Positions 32,735 through 42,902 are shown, numbered from the stretch's first letter. The stretch is 64,000 bases of DNA from Patescibacteria group bacterium (GCA_019428855.1 JAHYJV010000002.1:1917-65916), one strand, 5' to 3'. The notes: generated by a model not told the origin, from the letters alone. Numbers and translations are program-made.

Positions 32735-34240
32735 TTAAAATAAGCATATCTTTGACGCAAGATAGTTTACCGGAGCATAATCATCGGTAAAAATATTAAG
32801 TTTTTCTGTCTCAATTGGATTATTCCATAAGTGATTTAACATCTCTTTTTCTTGCTTGCTCTCGCCCTTTTTAAGAACTTCCCGAATATCAATATCACCT
32901 TTCACCGCTATTACGATAATATTTTGCACATTCTCAGATTCACTTTCGCTAACGGAACTCACCGGAAATACATACACATTTTCAAAAATTTCCTGGATTG
33001 TTTTATATTCTGATCGAAAAAATATCGACTTTTCACCACTCAATGAAGATATAACATTAACCATATAAATGCCTCCTGGTTTAAGCGTACTAGATATATT
33101 TTCTAAAGCTTCTCTAGTTGTCAATTGAAATGGGGCTGAGCAAGTCGAGCTAAATGCATCGTTATAGATCACATCGTATTTATTTTTATTATCCTTACTA
33201 TTTCTATTGATGAATATTCGCGCATCTTCATGAAAAACATTAATTCTGCCACTTTCAAGACTTAAGCGAAAATATTTTTTAGCAAGCTCAGTTGTTTTCG
33301 AATCAATTTCGACGACATCAATTATTCCGTTTTCATTTCTCCTGATGAAGTCTTTCGGCACCGAATAAGCCGCTCCACCAAACATGGCAACCCGATTTAT
33401 ATCTTTTTTAAAAAATTTATCTAACTGAAAATATTTCGTGTACTCAAAGACCAGGTCATCAGATTCAAGATACATCGCAGAATCAAAAAAACTCTCAACT
33501 GACATTATTCTCATTGTCTTTCCATTTTGGTCCGCTCTGTCATATACAGTAATATTGCTATATTCACTATCCTCATCAGCAATATAAATGTTTGTCTCTG
33601 TTGCATTTGAGATAAATGCTACACAGAAAAAAAGAAAAAAGAAGACAAACATTCTTATAAATATTGCTTTTTCATAAAAACTATAAGCTGAAACTAAAAA
33701 CAAAATCAAAGACAAGCCATATAATATATTAATACTTCCAAAAGTTGGAATCAAATAAAAACCTGCCAAAAAAGTACCGAAGATACTTCCAAAGGTTGAA
33801 ATTGCATACAAATTACCAATCGTACTTCCTGAACTTTCAATTTTTATCATTGCCATTCTAGCAGCATACGGAGAAACCATTCCCAACATTATTGAAGGTA
33901 GTGCAAATAATAAAGTTGCTGCCACAATAGCTCCATATTTAATACCAAAAAATAAGCTAAATTCAAGAACGGGATTTTTAATTATAATAATTACAAACAT
34001 CAATAATCCCGAGATAAATATAATTAAAGAAAAATTTTGAATACTAGGATTTTTATCAGCAGCTTTGCCACCGAGATAATAACCCAAACTCATTGAACCA
34101 AGAACAATGCCTATAAGACTTGTCCAAATGAATATTGACGTACCAAGAATTGGAGCCAATATTCGAGATCCAATTAACTCCATTACCATAATTACCGCTC
34201 CAGTTGTGAAAACTATTAAATATAATTTTTTTTTAAACAT
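32735..34240 (-). CDS. fused membrane domain / spermidine-synthase-like methyltransferase-fold protein
   Basis: 501 aa. About 7 N-terminal TM helices, then 'VAMFGGAAYSVPKDF' and 'YDVIYNDAFSS', matching the aminopropyltransferase-fold GGG and D-x-D-like motifs. Confidence 0.75.
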   Translation of the reverse strand: MFKKKLYLIVFTTGAVIMVMELIGSRILAPILGTSIFIWTSLIGIVLGSMSLGYYLGGKAADKNPSIQNFSLIIFISGLLMFVIIIIKNPVLEFSLFFGIKYGAIVAATLLFALPSIMLGMVSPYAARMAMIKIESSGSTIGNLYAISTFGSIFGTFLAGFYLIPTFGSINILYGLSLILFLVSAYSFYEKAIFIRMFVFFFLFFCVAFISNATETNIYIADEDSEYSNITVYDRADQNGKTMRIMSVESFFDSAMYLESDDLVFEYTKYFQLDKFFKKDINRVAMFGGAAYSVPKDFIRRNENGIIDVVEIDSKTTELAKKYFRLSLESGRINVFHEDARIFINRNSKDNKNKYDVIYNDAFSSTCSAPFQLTTREALENISSTLKPGGIYMVNVISSLSGEKSIFFRSEYKTIQEIFENVYVFPVSSVSESESENVQNIIVIAVKGDIDIREVLKKGESKQEKEMLNHLWNNPIETEKLNIFTDDYAPVNYLASKICLF

Positions 34241-34340
34241 AAATTAATTATTATAAAAAATTAATCATCAAAATCATAAATTTGATTTTAAATCGATTTT
34301 ATCATATTATATATGTATAATTGATAAAAGTAAATTAGCT

Positions 34341-35687
34341 ATGGTAAATAAGAAATTTGATGCAATAGTTGTCGGTGCAGGAATTAGTGGAATTCTCAGC
34401 ACACTAGCACTTGCAAGAGAAGGAAAAACGGTGCTTGTGATTGAGAAAAATTCAGTTCTTGGTGGCAATTGCCGAACGTACGAGATTGAAGGATATCAAG
34501 TTGACACAGGACCCCATGCCATCACAGATTTAATAAATGGACCTTTAAAAAAACTAATAAATGATTACTTCCGTGTCGTTCCCAGGTTTTTCCCGATAGG
34601 ATCATATTATGTTCGTGATAATGGGAAATTACAGGAATTTCCACTTACCCTGCTACAACTTGCAAAATTTGATATACTTCCTAAAAAAGAAAGACTAATT
34701 ATGTCAAGTGCGATGATAGATGCTGTGGCCAATTTTTCTCTTAACAGAGAATTATTAGACAAAAGTATTTATGAATTTATGAAAAAATACAAACCATCGT
34801 CCCAAACATGGAAATTAATAAATACAGTTTCATATTTTTTGAGTGGCAAATCAATGAAAGAAACTCCAACTTGGAGAATACTAGGCGGGTCAGGATATGT
34901 TGATGAAAATTCAAGTCACAAAAAAAACCAATTAAAATCACTAATCAAATTTAAGAAAAATAATTATTCATCCCATGGCTACCCGCTTGGAGGAATTCAG
35001 AGTATAACCGATTGTGCTCTAAACTCAATTCCAAAGAATAGTACAATCTTCAAGCTCAACGAAAAGGTCGTTAAGATAATTACCGAAAAGAATATAACTA
35101 AAGGTGTTCAAACAGACAAAAATATTTATAATTCAGATATCGTAATTTATTCCGGATTTATGACAAATTTACCCAATCTAATCGATAATCTGAGTAAGGT
35201 TTATACTTGTGAGCTGGAAAAATTAAAACAAACCAAAAGCCTGACAATTTGGTTTGGTTTGAAAAAAAAATTACTTGAACTATCGTACATTGGCTCAGAA
35301 ATATATTTTAATACTGAAACACCTTACTGGGCAATCCCAGTTTCAAATCTAGATTCTCATCTTGCACCAAAGAATAAGCAATTAGTTGGATTTTCAACTA
35401 TAATTGAAAATGAAAAATCAGAAGAAAAAATTAATAATTTCAAAAAAACTATTTTTACTGCGATACCAAATCTATTTGAAAACATTGACTTTGAGCATGT
35501 CCAAATCACAGTTCCAGAAAAAGCTGCCGTAACAACGGGGGTCAAGTTTCCTTCTCCGAGATCAACAATAAAAAATTTATACCTCGTCGGAACTGATACA
35601 GACATGAGAAGTATGGGAATTACAAGAGCGTCTCATTCGGTCATTGAAGCGTTAAAATTCATGAGGGAAGATAATATTTTAGATTAA
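34341..35687 (+). CDS. FAD/NAD(P)-dependent oxidoreductase (phytoene-desaturase-like)
   Basis: 448 aa. N-terminal Rossmann motif 'DAIVVGAGISGILSTLALAREGKTVLVIEKNSVLGG' and C-terminal 'LYLVGTDT'. Confidence 0.8.
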   Translation: MVNKKFDAIVVGAGISGILSTLALAREGKTVLVIEKNSVLGGNCRTYEIEGYQVDTGPHAITDLINGPLKKLINDYFRVVPRFFPIGSYYVRDNGKLQEFPLTLLQLAKFDILPKKERLIMSSAMIDAVANFSLNRELLDKSIYEFMKKYKPSSQTWKLINTVSYFLSGKSMKETPTWRILGGSGYVDENSSHKKNQLKSLIKFKKNNYSSHGYPLGGIQSITDCALNSIPKNSTIFKLNEKVVKIITEKNITKGVQTDKNIYNSDIVIYSGFMTNLPNLIDNLSKVYTCELEKLKQTKSLTIWFGLKKKLLELSYIGSEIYFNTETPYWAIPVSNLDSHLAPKNKQLVGFSTIIENEKSEEKINNFKKTIFTAIPNLFENIDFEHVQITVPEKAAVTTGVKFPSPRSTIKNLYLVGTDTDMRSMGITRASHSVIEALKFMREDNILD

Positions 35688-36241
35688 CACAAACTATTGC
35701 AAAAACTGGCTTGGTCCAGTTTTCTTTGTTTTTAAGATTAATAAATATTATTTATGGATATTGAAATGTTTATGTCTTATATTAATCATAAAAGGATCCA
35801 TTCAGAAGACACATAGCTAATGGAAAAATTACGGTTTGAGAGCGTAAAGCGAAACGAAGTGAAGTTTTACGAAAAAGAAGTGTGTTTTGAAATTGCAGTA
35901 AAATCCCGCTCTCGCTGAACTTGACACTCTATGAAATTTAATCGCTCTTGATTGAGTTTTGATGCTTGATTAGTTTTAGCGGGTTTGACAGAGACCCTTT
36001 AAATCCTACCTCCACCTGGAATAATATCTTAAAAAAGTTTTTTATATTTTTTTACAGATGTTGTATGAATTACTTGTTTTTCAATATAATTCTATTTATT
36101 TAGTTTTTTACCACACCAATCAATATAAAACTAGAATACATTTACCAAGAAATCGTTTTTATCTCATTTAAAGATAATAAAACTACAATTCCTTTAAAAT
36201 GTAGTTGTGTTGCATATAAACAAAGTATATTAGATTTATTT

Positions 36242-36772
36242 TTACTTAAATAATATTTTTAATTCTAAAAATCTTTGGAAAGATTCTTTTCCAAAACCTT
36301 TCATCTCTTTTTCAATGCTAGCTAGGGTGTCAATTTTTCCGCTTTTGCTATGAAATTTATCAGCATAACAAATTAATTTTTGCTCCAAAGTAATAGGTAG
36401 AAAATCTCTTTTGGGGAGAGGGAGGTTTTTTTTGATAATATATTCTTTTGACAAGCCAGAACCAATATGTCTTTCAGCTATCAATGCCTCTTTGTTTAAA
36501 CCTTCGCTTCTTAATATTTCTCCACCTATAATTCCATGCCGAAGATAATCAATTTGAAGCTTGTGAATACTTTTCATAAATTCAAAGGTACCTATATCAT
36601 GCAGCAAGCAACCAGAAACGATTAAATCTGCATTAATATTACTAGACAGATTTTTTCGTGCGATGATTTCAAAGGACTTTGCTAAAACTACCAAGCTATG
36701 ATTTAAAACTACATTAAAATTATTTTTTGAATCAGAATATTTTTTTAAAATATTTATATATTTTTTCATCAT
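36242..36772 (-). CDS. HD-domain phosphohydrolase
   Basis: 176 aa. 'HSLVV', 'LLHDIG' and 'ERHIGSG' form the H...HD...H set. Confidence 0.75.
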   Translation of the reverse strand: MMKKYINILKKYSDSKNNFNVVLNHSLVVLAKSFEIIARKNLSSNINADLIVSGCLLHDIGTFEFMKSIHKLQIDYLRHGIIGGEILRSEGLNKEALIAERHIGSGLSKEYIIKKNLPLPKRDFLPITLEQKLICYADKFHSKSGKIDTLASIEKEMKGFGKESFQRFLELKILFK

Positions 36773-36868
36773 AAAGACTCAATTTAGTGTGAATAAAAGT
36801 GAAATGCTTATTGGCTCTCTTAACAATAAATGATATAATAAAACAAGTCAATTAATTAAATATCTAAA

Positions 36869-38440
36869 ATGAAAAAGAAAGCAATTTTAATAATTCTCGA
36901 TGGATGGGGAGTTAGTGCAGAAACAAGTGGCAATGCAATTGCAAATGCTTCAACGCCAGTTATGGATGAGTTTGCAAAATTCTATCCTAGCACGCTACTT
37001 CAAGCATCAGGAATAGCGGCGGGGCTTCCTTGGGGCGAAATGGGTAATTCTGAAGTCGGTCATATGATTATGGGTGCAGGAAAAATCTTATACCAAAATC
37101 TTCCCAAAGTTTCTTTATCAATTCAAGATAAAAGTTTCTATGAGAATATTGTGCTGCTTAATTCAGTGAAGCATGCCAAACAAAACAATTCAAACATCCA
37201 TATTATGGGTCTTGTCAGCGATGGTGGTGTTCATTCTCACATAGACCACCTATACGCTATCTTAGAATTTCTTAAAATTGAGGGGGTTGAAAAAAATCGC
37301 GTCTTCATTCACATTTTTACGGACGGAAGAGACGCTGAGCCAAAATCAGCAGTTAAATATGTAGCTGACCTTATAAAAAATATAAAGGAAGAAAATTGGC
37401 CAGGAAAAATTGCTAGTATTATGGGAAGATATTATGCAATGGATCGCAATCAAAACTGGGATAGAATTGCATTATCCTACTATTGTCTGGTAAATGCAGT
37501 AGGCGAGAAAGAAAGCGATGCTAAGCTTGCACTTGAAAAATACTACAACAACGACATGACTGACGAATTCATTAAGCCTACACTAATTTTGGACGAAAAT
37601 AATAATTATAATCTTATTAAGGCGAATGATTCAATAATATTTTTTAATATTAGAGAGGATAGAGCAAGACAAATAACGAAAGCATTCGTTCAAGAAGATT
37701 TTCATGATTTTGACAGAGGCAATAAATTGCAAAACATAAATTTTTCTACGATGATTGAATACGAAAAAGATCTTGATGCTAATGTTATATTTTTCTCAGA
37801 GAATGTTGCCTATCCGCTTGGCAAAGTTATTTCTGATTCAGGGCTCACGCAACTGAGAATTGCTGAAACTGAAAAATATGCTCATGTGACATATTTTTTT
37901 AATGGTGGAAAAGAAGAACCGTTTGAAGGTGAATCCAGAACGCTCGTCCCTTCTCCATCGGTTGCAAAATATGATGAAGTTCCAGAAATGAGTGCTGATT
38001 TAATTACAGACCAAGTCATAAAAGCAATCGAACTTAATAAATATGATTTTATTCTAGTTAATTTTGCGAATGCAGACCTAATTGGTCACACTGGAAACTA
38101 TATGGCAACTATTGAGGCAATAGAATTCATCGACAAATGCCTTGCTAGAATATATAATTCGGCTATGAATTACAATGTCACTCTTATGATTACGGCAGAT
38201 CACGGCAACGCTGAAGAAATGTATAATGTTAGAACAGGCGAAAAGGTAACTGAACACTCAACAAATCCAGTCCCCTTTCTTTTGATAACAAATTCTAATA
38301 AACTTGAAAAAGAAAATATTCAATCCTTCTTTAAAAAAAGTGGAGGAATGTTAAGTGATATCTCGCCGACTGTTATTGATGTTTTAGATTTACAAAAGCC
38401 TGACGAGATGGCAGGCGAAAGTCTATTAGATACACTATAA
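36869..38440 (+). CDS. gpmI: 2,3-bisphosphoglycerate-independent phosphoglycerate mutase
   Basis: 523 aa. 'LIILDGWG', 'GNSEVGH', 'SDGGVHSH', 'FTDGRD', 'ETEKYAHVT.FFNGG', 'NFANADLIGHTG' and 'ITADHGNAE'. Confidence 0.95.
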   Translation: MKKKAILIILDGWGVSAETSGNAIANASTPVMDEFAKFYPSTLLQASGIAAGLPWGEMGNSEVGHMIMGAGKILYQNLPKVSLSIQDKSFYENIVLLNSVKHAKQNNSNIHIMGLVSDGGVHSHIDHLYAILEFLKIEGVEKNRVFIHIFTDGRDAEPKSAVKYVADLIKNIKEENWPGKIASIMGRYYAMDRNQNWDRIALSYYCLVNAVGEKESDAKLALEKYYNNDMTDEFIKPTLILDENNNYNLIKANDSIIFFNIREDRARQITKAFVQEDFHDFDRGNKLQNINFSTMIEYEKDLDANVIFFSENVAYPLGKVISDSGLTQLRIAETEKYAHVTYFFNGGKEEPFEGESRTLVPSPSVAKYDEVPEMSADLITDQVIKAIELNKYDFILVNFANADLIGHTGNYMATIEAIEFIDKCLARIYNSAMNYNVTLMITADHGNAEEMYNVRTGEKVTEHSTNPVPFLLITNSNKLEKENIQSFFKKSGGMLSDISPTVIDVLDLQKPDEMAGESLLDTL

Positions 38441-38456
38441 AAAAAGCATAAGAAAA

Positions 38457-39149
38457 TTAATCTTCTATTATCTTGCTGTGTTTTTTTCTCCATTCTTCAA
38501 TTTTACGATGATTGCCGCTCAACAAAACATCGGGCACTTTCCAGCTAAGACCCTTTTTCACCAAGAATGATTCTGGTTTTGTATAATGTGGGTGCTCAAC
38601 TAGGCCGTTTGAGTATGATTCACTCTCTAAGGATTTTTCATTTCCCAAAACCCCCTCGACTAATCTTGACACAGAATCAACAATAATCATTGAAGCAAGT
38701 TCGCCCCCCATTAAAATATATTTACCTATTGATATTTCACCATCAATTAGATTTTCTTTAACTCTTTCATCAACCCCTTCATATCGTCCACAGATTAACA
38801 CAATCCTGTCCAGATCAGCTAAACAACTAGCTGTTTTTTGATTATAAATAGCTCCTTTTGCAGACATTAGAAATATTCTTGTTTTTGAATGAGTCTTCTT
38901 ACGCTTACCGTCTACATTAATTACACTAATATCTCTTAAAGCATTATATATGGGCTCTAATTTCAAAACCATTCCCGCACCGCCTCCATAAGGTGTGTCA
39001 TCTGTAGTCTTGTGTTTATCGTTGGTATATTTTCGTAAATTGTAAATTTTTATTTTTACTAAATTTTTCTTTTGAGCTCGTCCTAAAATACTTTCATTAA
39101 AATATGAGCTAAACATCTCTGGAAAAATTGTAATTATATCAAACTGCAT
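38457..39149 (-). CDS. trmD: tRNA (guanine37-N1)-methyltransferase
   Basis: 230 aa. 'FDIITIFPEMF', 'DDTPYGGGAGMV', 'CGRYEGVDERV', 'EISIGKYILMGGE' and 'LLSGNH..IE.WR'. Confidence 0.95.
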   Translation of the reverse strand: MQFDIITIFPEMFSSYFNESILGRAQKKNLVKIKIYNLRKYTNDKHKTTDDTPYGGGAGMVLKLEPIYNALRDISVINVDGKRKKTHSKTRIFLMSAKGAIYNQKTASCLADLDRIVLICGRYEGVDERVKENLIDGEISIGKYILMGGELASMIIVDSVSRLVEGVLGNEKSLESESYSNGLVEHPHYTKPESFLVKKGLSWKVPDVLLSGNHRKIEEWRKKHSKIIED

Positions 39150-39241
39150 ATATTGCTAGGTAATGTATAAATAATTTATTCAAAAAAACCATACTATCTA
39201 AAAATAGCACGGTTTTTTTATATTGTAAATCTAAAAGATGA

Positions 39242-39595
39242 TTACAAATTTAAATCGTTTACAGCATCTTCAACATTTTCAGTAGTAGTAGCTGATATAT
39301 TTGACACTGGTCTATCAGTAACTGGTCTTTGGGGTCTTACTGATCCTTCTGGCTCCACGATTTTGAAATTGACTCGTGCATTATTTTTAGCACCAATTAC
39401 TCTTAAAAGGGTTCTGATTGATTTTGCAGTTGAACCTTGACGACCAATCACTTGTCCCATATCTTCTGGATTAATATTAAGTGAGATCAAAACTCCCATT
39501 TCATCAACCGTTCTTTCGATTTTTACATCTTCTGGATTGTCAACGATTGACTTGACAATGTATTCTACGAAATCTTTATCTTTTGTATTATTCAT
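39242..39595 (-). CDS. KH-domain RNA-binding protein (KhpA/YlqC-like) with C-terminal extension
   Basis: 'VEYIVKSIVDNPEDVKI' and 'GQVIGRQGSTAKSIRTLL' (GxxG KH motif). Classical rpsP-KH-trmD neighbourhood. Start at ATG 39595 or 39622. Confidence 0.85.
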   Translation of the reverse strand: MNNTKDKDFVEYIVKSIVDNPEDVKIERTVDEMGVLISLNINPEDMGQVIGRQGSTAKSIRTLLRVIGAKNNARVNFKIVEPEGSVRPQRPVTDRPVSNISATTTENVEDAVNDLNL

Positions 39596-39790
39596 TACTG
39601 TTTTCCTTTTATCTTCAAGCAAATATATTTGTTTGAATAAGTTAACTTATTATTGAATTCTTTCTTTTTTAATCATTCTCACCAGGTCGACCATAATTAT
39701 TTGATTTCACTTTAGTAAAATAAACAAAACTATATCTATATTATATAACAGCACATTATTTTGTCAACACAATTATTCTACTTATTGTGT

Positions 39791-40141
39791 TTATTTTGTT
39801 TCCCCTGTGTTAGACTCTTTTACTTCATCGGTCTTTTTCTCAGACGAAGCTTCAGTTTTAACATCGCCTTCTTTTTTCTTTGAACTCCACGCTTTTATTT
39901 TATCTCCCTTGATTATGCCAGCATCCACCAAAAGATTATTCACCGTCGTGGAAGGTTGAGCTCCTTTGGAAATCCAATATTCAACCCTATCTTTTTTAAA
40001 TACTTTTTCCTTCGTGTGAGGATTATAATGACCCAAAATTTCAATAAACTTTCCAGTTGGAGATCTTCTAACATCAGCTAATGTTATTCTGAATTGAGCT
40101 GTGTTTTTCTTTCCTACTCTACTTAATCTAATTCTTAACAT
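39791..40141 (-). CDS. rpsP: 30S ribosomal protein S16 with Lys/Glu-rich C-terminal tail
   Basis: 'MLRIRLSRVGKKNTAQFRI...GHYNP'. Start placed at ATG 40141, the canonical S16 N-terminus. Confidence 0.93.
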   Translation of the reverse strand: MLRIRLSRVGKKNTAQFRITLADVRRSPTGKFIEILGHYNPHTKEKVFKKDRVEYWISKGAQPSTTVNNLLVDAGIIKGDKIKAWSSKKKEGDVKTEASSEKKTDEVKESNTGETK

Positions 40142-40178
40142 ATTGATCAATTTGATTAATTATTAAATCTACTTATTC

Positions 40179-40207
40179 ATATTAATCCATATAACAATAA
40201 ATGTCAA
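40179..40207 (-). promoter_or_regulatory. rpsP operon promoter (TTGACA-17-TAATAT)
   Basis: Reverse complement of tgtcaa (40202-40207) and atatta (40179-40184), with an exact 17-nt spacer. It lies 38 nt upstream of the rpsP ATG. Confidence 0.65.
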
Positions 40208-40215
40208 TAAATTGT

Positions 40216-40266
40216 GGCTCTACACTAATAACTGTGGTGGATAACCAAAGAAGTGATAGAATTATA
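40216..40266 (-). repeat. promoter-proximal conserved module, copy C
   Basis: ggctctacactaataactgtggtggataaccaaagaagtgatagaattata. 100% identical to copy D. Starts 8 nt from the -35 hexamer. The extended element, shared with copy A, runs to about 40395. Confidence 0.95.
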
Positions 40267-40338
40267 TGGAAGAATTAACAATTCACACCACTCCTATTAA
40301 AATGATATTAAAAAAAAACTGTTTTAAGCTATCATCCA

Positions 40339-40395
40339 AGCGACGAGAGGAGTCGAGAGATCCCTCTTAGTCGCGCTAAATATTATCAAATATTA
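40339..40395 (-). repeat. GC-rich hairpin module (second module of the intergenic element), copy C
   Basis: agcgacgagaggagtcgagag is identical to 44001-44021. Imperfect hairpin GCGAC..AGAGG/CCTCT..GTCGC. A degenerate relative lies at 15178-15210. Confidence 0.8.
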
Positions 40396-40469
40396 ATTCC
40401 AAATAAGAGTGATTTAACGAGGATGCCCCTCATCTTGGGAGACATCTGCTTGATTTCTTGCTTTTGCGT

Positions 40470-40500
40470 AACAAAGATGCCCTGCAAGATGCAGGGCATC
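40470..40500 (-). terminator. candidate smc terminator
   Basis: Perfect 10-bp stem gatgccctgc (40476-40485) / gcagggcatc (40491-40500), followed on the minus strand by TTTGTT. It lies about 145 nt downstream of the smc stop. Confidence 0.55.
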
Positions 40501-40643
40501 TTCAAATACAAAATGTAAGACACTCTCAAACATTTAGGCCAGTCGAGAACGATTCATCCACTTCACTATTATGCGGTCAGAATAAAAGATATACATTACT
40601 ACACTCAACCACCACACATTTTGACAAAGGGCCAAAATTCGTA

Positions 40644-42902
40644 TTACTTATTAATTTCATCTAGTTGCAAGGAAATAATTTTTGATACACCATCATTTTG
40701 CATTGTGACCCCATAGAGAACTCCTGCCTGCTTCATCATTTCACGATTATGGGTAATGATAATAAATTGAGTTTTTTGAGAAATTTCACCAATAATTTTA
40801 GACAGTTTAGATGAGTTTGCCTCGTCTAGAGCTGCATCAATTTCATCTAAGACTGAAAAAGGAGGTGGATTGTTAGATATTATGGCAAATAGTATAGCAA
40901 TAGATGTCAAAGCTCTCTCACCACCAGAAAGCATATTTAAGCTGCTAATCTTTTTTCCAGGTGGCTCGGCATTAATTTCAATTCCTGCAATCTTTTTCGC
41001 GAATTCTTTTGTGATACTATCTTCACTAGCTTCCTGATTTTCCTGCCTATCTTCATCTGCCTTGTCAGTATATTTGATAGACAATCCTGCCTTACCACCA
41101 GCAAAAATCATTTTGAAATATTTATTTAATTCCGTATTAATTCTTCTAAAAGATTCTTTAAAAATCTTTTCAATCTTCTTGTCAAGCTCAGTAATAACAT
41201 CTCTTAGCGAGCTTGATGCCTTGATCAAATCCTCATACTGCACATTTAAAAAATCGAATCTTTTTTGAGTTTCATCAAACTCTTCCACAATTAAAGGATC
41301 TATTCCTCCGATTTGCTCAAGCTGAAATTTTAATTTTCGGACTCTTGATCTCGACTCCTCCTGATTAAAATAATTATTTTCAGTTATAGTTTCAGTTTTA
41401 GCTTCCTGTAAACTATCCAAGAACTCACTTGAATTAAACTCTTCCCTTATCTCACTTATCAAATCCTCTTTTCGAACTTCAAACTTAGCAAGTTCAATAT
41501 TAATAGTATTCAAATTGTCTTTTAATCGGTTCAATTCTTCCTGTTTTGCTTGAAGCTTTCTTTCAAATTCAAAAAACAATCTTCTTCGATCTTGTTCTTC
41601 TTGATTTAGAAGAACAATTTTTCCATTAATTTCTTGGTATTTTTTCGATTTTTGTGAAAGTTGAATATTCAATTTCTCTTTTTCAGAAATATATTTCTTT
41701 AACTCTTCATCATTAAATACTTGTTTTTTTTCATTCAAATTAATTTTTCCTTCACTAACTTCTGAAAACAAATGCTCAACATCAATTTTAATTAATTTCC
41801 CACTTTCTTTTAGGCGCTCAATATTGTTCAAATCATTTAAACTATTGATATTAGCCAATAATTTTTTATATCTATTCAAAATGTTAGTCAGCTTTCCTTT
41901 GACATAACCAAGGTTAATTGGAACAAATTCGGGGTTTTCTGTCGTGTCTTTTTTTTCATTTTCAATCTGAATTCGACCTTCAAGAACAGAAAGATTTTTT
42001 TGTAATTCATTAATAACAACTTGAATATCGGAAGTTTCCTTTTGATACCCGCTTAAAGTAGGTTGATATTCTTCATTTTTATTATCATTTTTTGAAAGGT
42101 TGTCTTTGATAATTAAAATATCATTTGCAGCATTATCCACTAATTTATCAATATTTATTTTATCAACGGTATTTTTAATATTTTTTTTTAATAAATTCCG
42201 CCACATATTAGAGTACAATAGTTCTTGCTCTGTCTTCAAGCTAGCTTCAATCAACCCTCTTTTTTGAGCTCTGCTTGCTAAACGCTTCAGAGAACTCAAA
42301 CGAGGTTCGATTTCATTTAAGAGGTCTGTTATTCTTTGGAGATTTCTTTTTGTAGCCTCAAGTTTTTTTATTGTTTGTTGTTTTTTAATCTGAAACATTC
42401 GAACTCCAGTCGCTTCTTCAAAAATTACCATTCTCTCAGCTGGAGTGGCTGACAAGATTGAATCGGCCATACCTTGAGTTATAACACAATAACCCCTCTG
42501 ACTCACTCCTGCACTTGTTAATAAATCAACTACATCAGATAATCTCACTTTCGATTTATTAATCAAATATTCACTCTCTCCACTTCTAAAAAACTTCCTC
42601 GTCACGATAACCTCTTCGTAATCTATGGGGATTTTTTTATCTTTATTATCAAGATAAAGAGAAACAACTGCAGCACTCATCTTTGCTTTCTTGTCTGTTC
42701 CCGTGAAAATTATATCTTCACTTTTCTTTCCTCGCAAACTTTTCATGCTTTGCTCACCAAGAACCCATCTGACAGCATCAGCTACATTTGATTTTCCAGA
42801 ACCATTTGGTCCGACAATTGCCGTCACACCTTGAGGAAAATCCAAAATAGTCTTATTCGCAAATGACTTGAACCCAGTTGTCTCAATTTTTCTTAGATAC
42901 AT
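40644..42902 (-). CDS. smc: SMC-family chromosome segregation ATPase, unusually short (752 aa)
   Basis: N-terminal head 'FKSFANKT...GPNGSGKSNVADAVRWVLGEQS'. C-terminal head 'LSGGERALTSIA', 'LDEIDAALD' and 'IIITHN'. Long heptad-like middle region; no hinge-type glycine-rich motif seen by eye. Confidence 0.85.
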   Translation of the reverse strand: MYLRKIETTGFKSFANKTILDFPQGVTAIVGPNGSGKSNVADAVRWVLGEQSMKSLRGKKSEDIIFTGTDKKAKMSAAVVSLYLDNKDKKIPIDYEEVIVTRKFFRSGESEYLINKSKVRLSDVVDLLTSAGVSQRGYCVITQGMADSILSATPAERMVIFEEATGVRMFQIKKQQTIKKLEATKRNLQRITDLLNEIEPRLSSLKRLASRAQKRGLIEASLKTEQELLYSNMWRNLLKKNIKNTVDKINIDKLVDNAANDILIIKDNLSKNDNKNEEYQPTLSGYQKETSDIQVVINELQKNLSVLEGRIQIENEKKDTTENPEFVPINLGYVKGKLTNILNRYKKLLANINSLNDLNNIERLKESGKLIKIDVEHLFSEVSEGKINLNEKKQVFNDEELKKYISEKEKLNIQLSQKSKKYQEINGKIVLLNQEEQDRRRLFFEFERKLQAKQEELNRLKDNLNTINIELAKFEVRKEDLISEIREEFNSSEFLDSLQEAKTETITENNYFNQEESRSRVRKLKFQLEQIGGIDPLIVEEFDETQKRFDFLNVQYEDLIKASSSLRDVITELDKKIEKIFKESFRRINTELNKYFKMIFAGGKAGLSIKYTDKADEDRQENQEASEDSITKEFAKKIAGIEINAEPPGKKISSLNMLSGGERALTSIAILFAIISNNPPPFSVLDEIDAALDEANSSKLSKIIGEISQKTQFIIITHNREMMKQAGVLYGVTMQNDGVSKIISLQLDEINK

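Noticed and set aside
35790-36015. tmRNA, RNase P RNA or SRP RNA in the convergent gap.
   Set aside because: The diagnostic elements are absent on both strands. I could not find a tRNA-like T-arm plus ...CCACCA end, GAGGAAAGTCC-type P4, or the GGAAGCAGC SRP motif. Retained only as an unclassified structured region.
40458-40664. Track ORF 40458..40664(+) in the smc/rpsP gap.
   Set aside because: It runs across the smc terminator hairpin and into the smc stop region on the wrong strand. There is no RBS, and the composition is driven by the hairpin.
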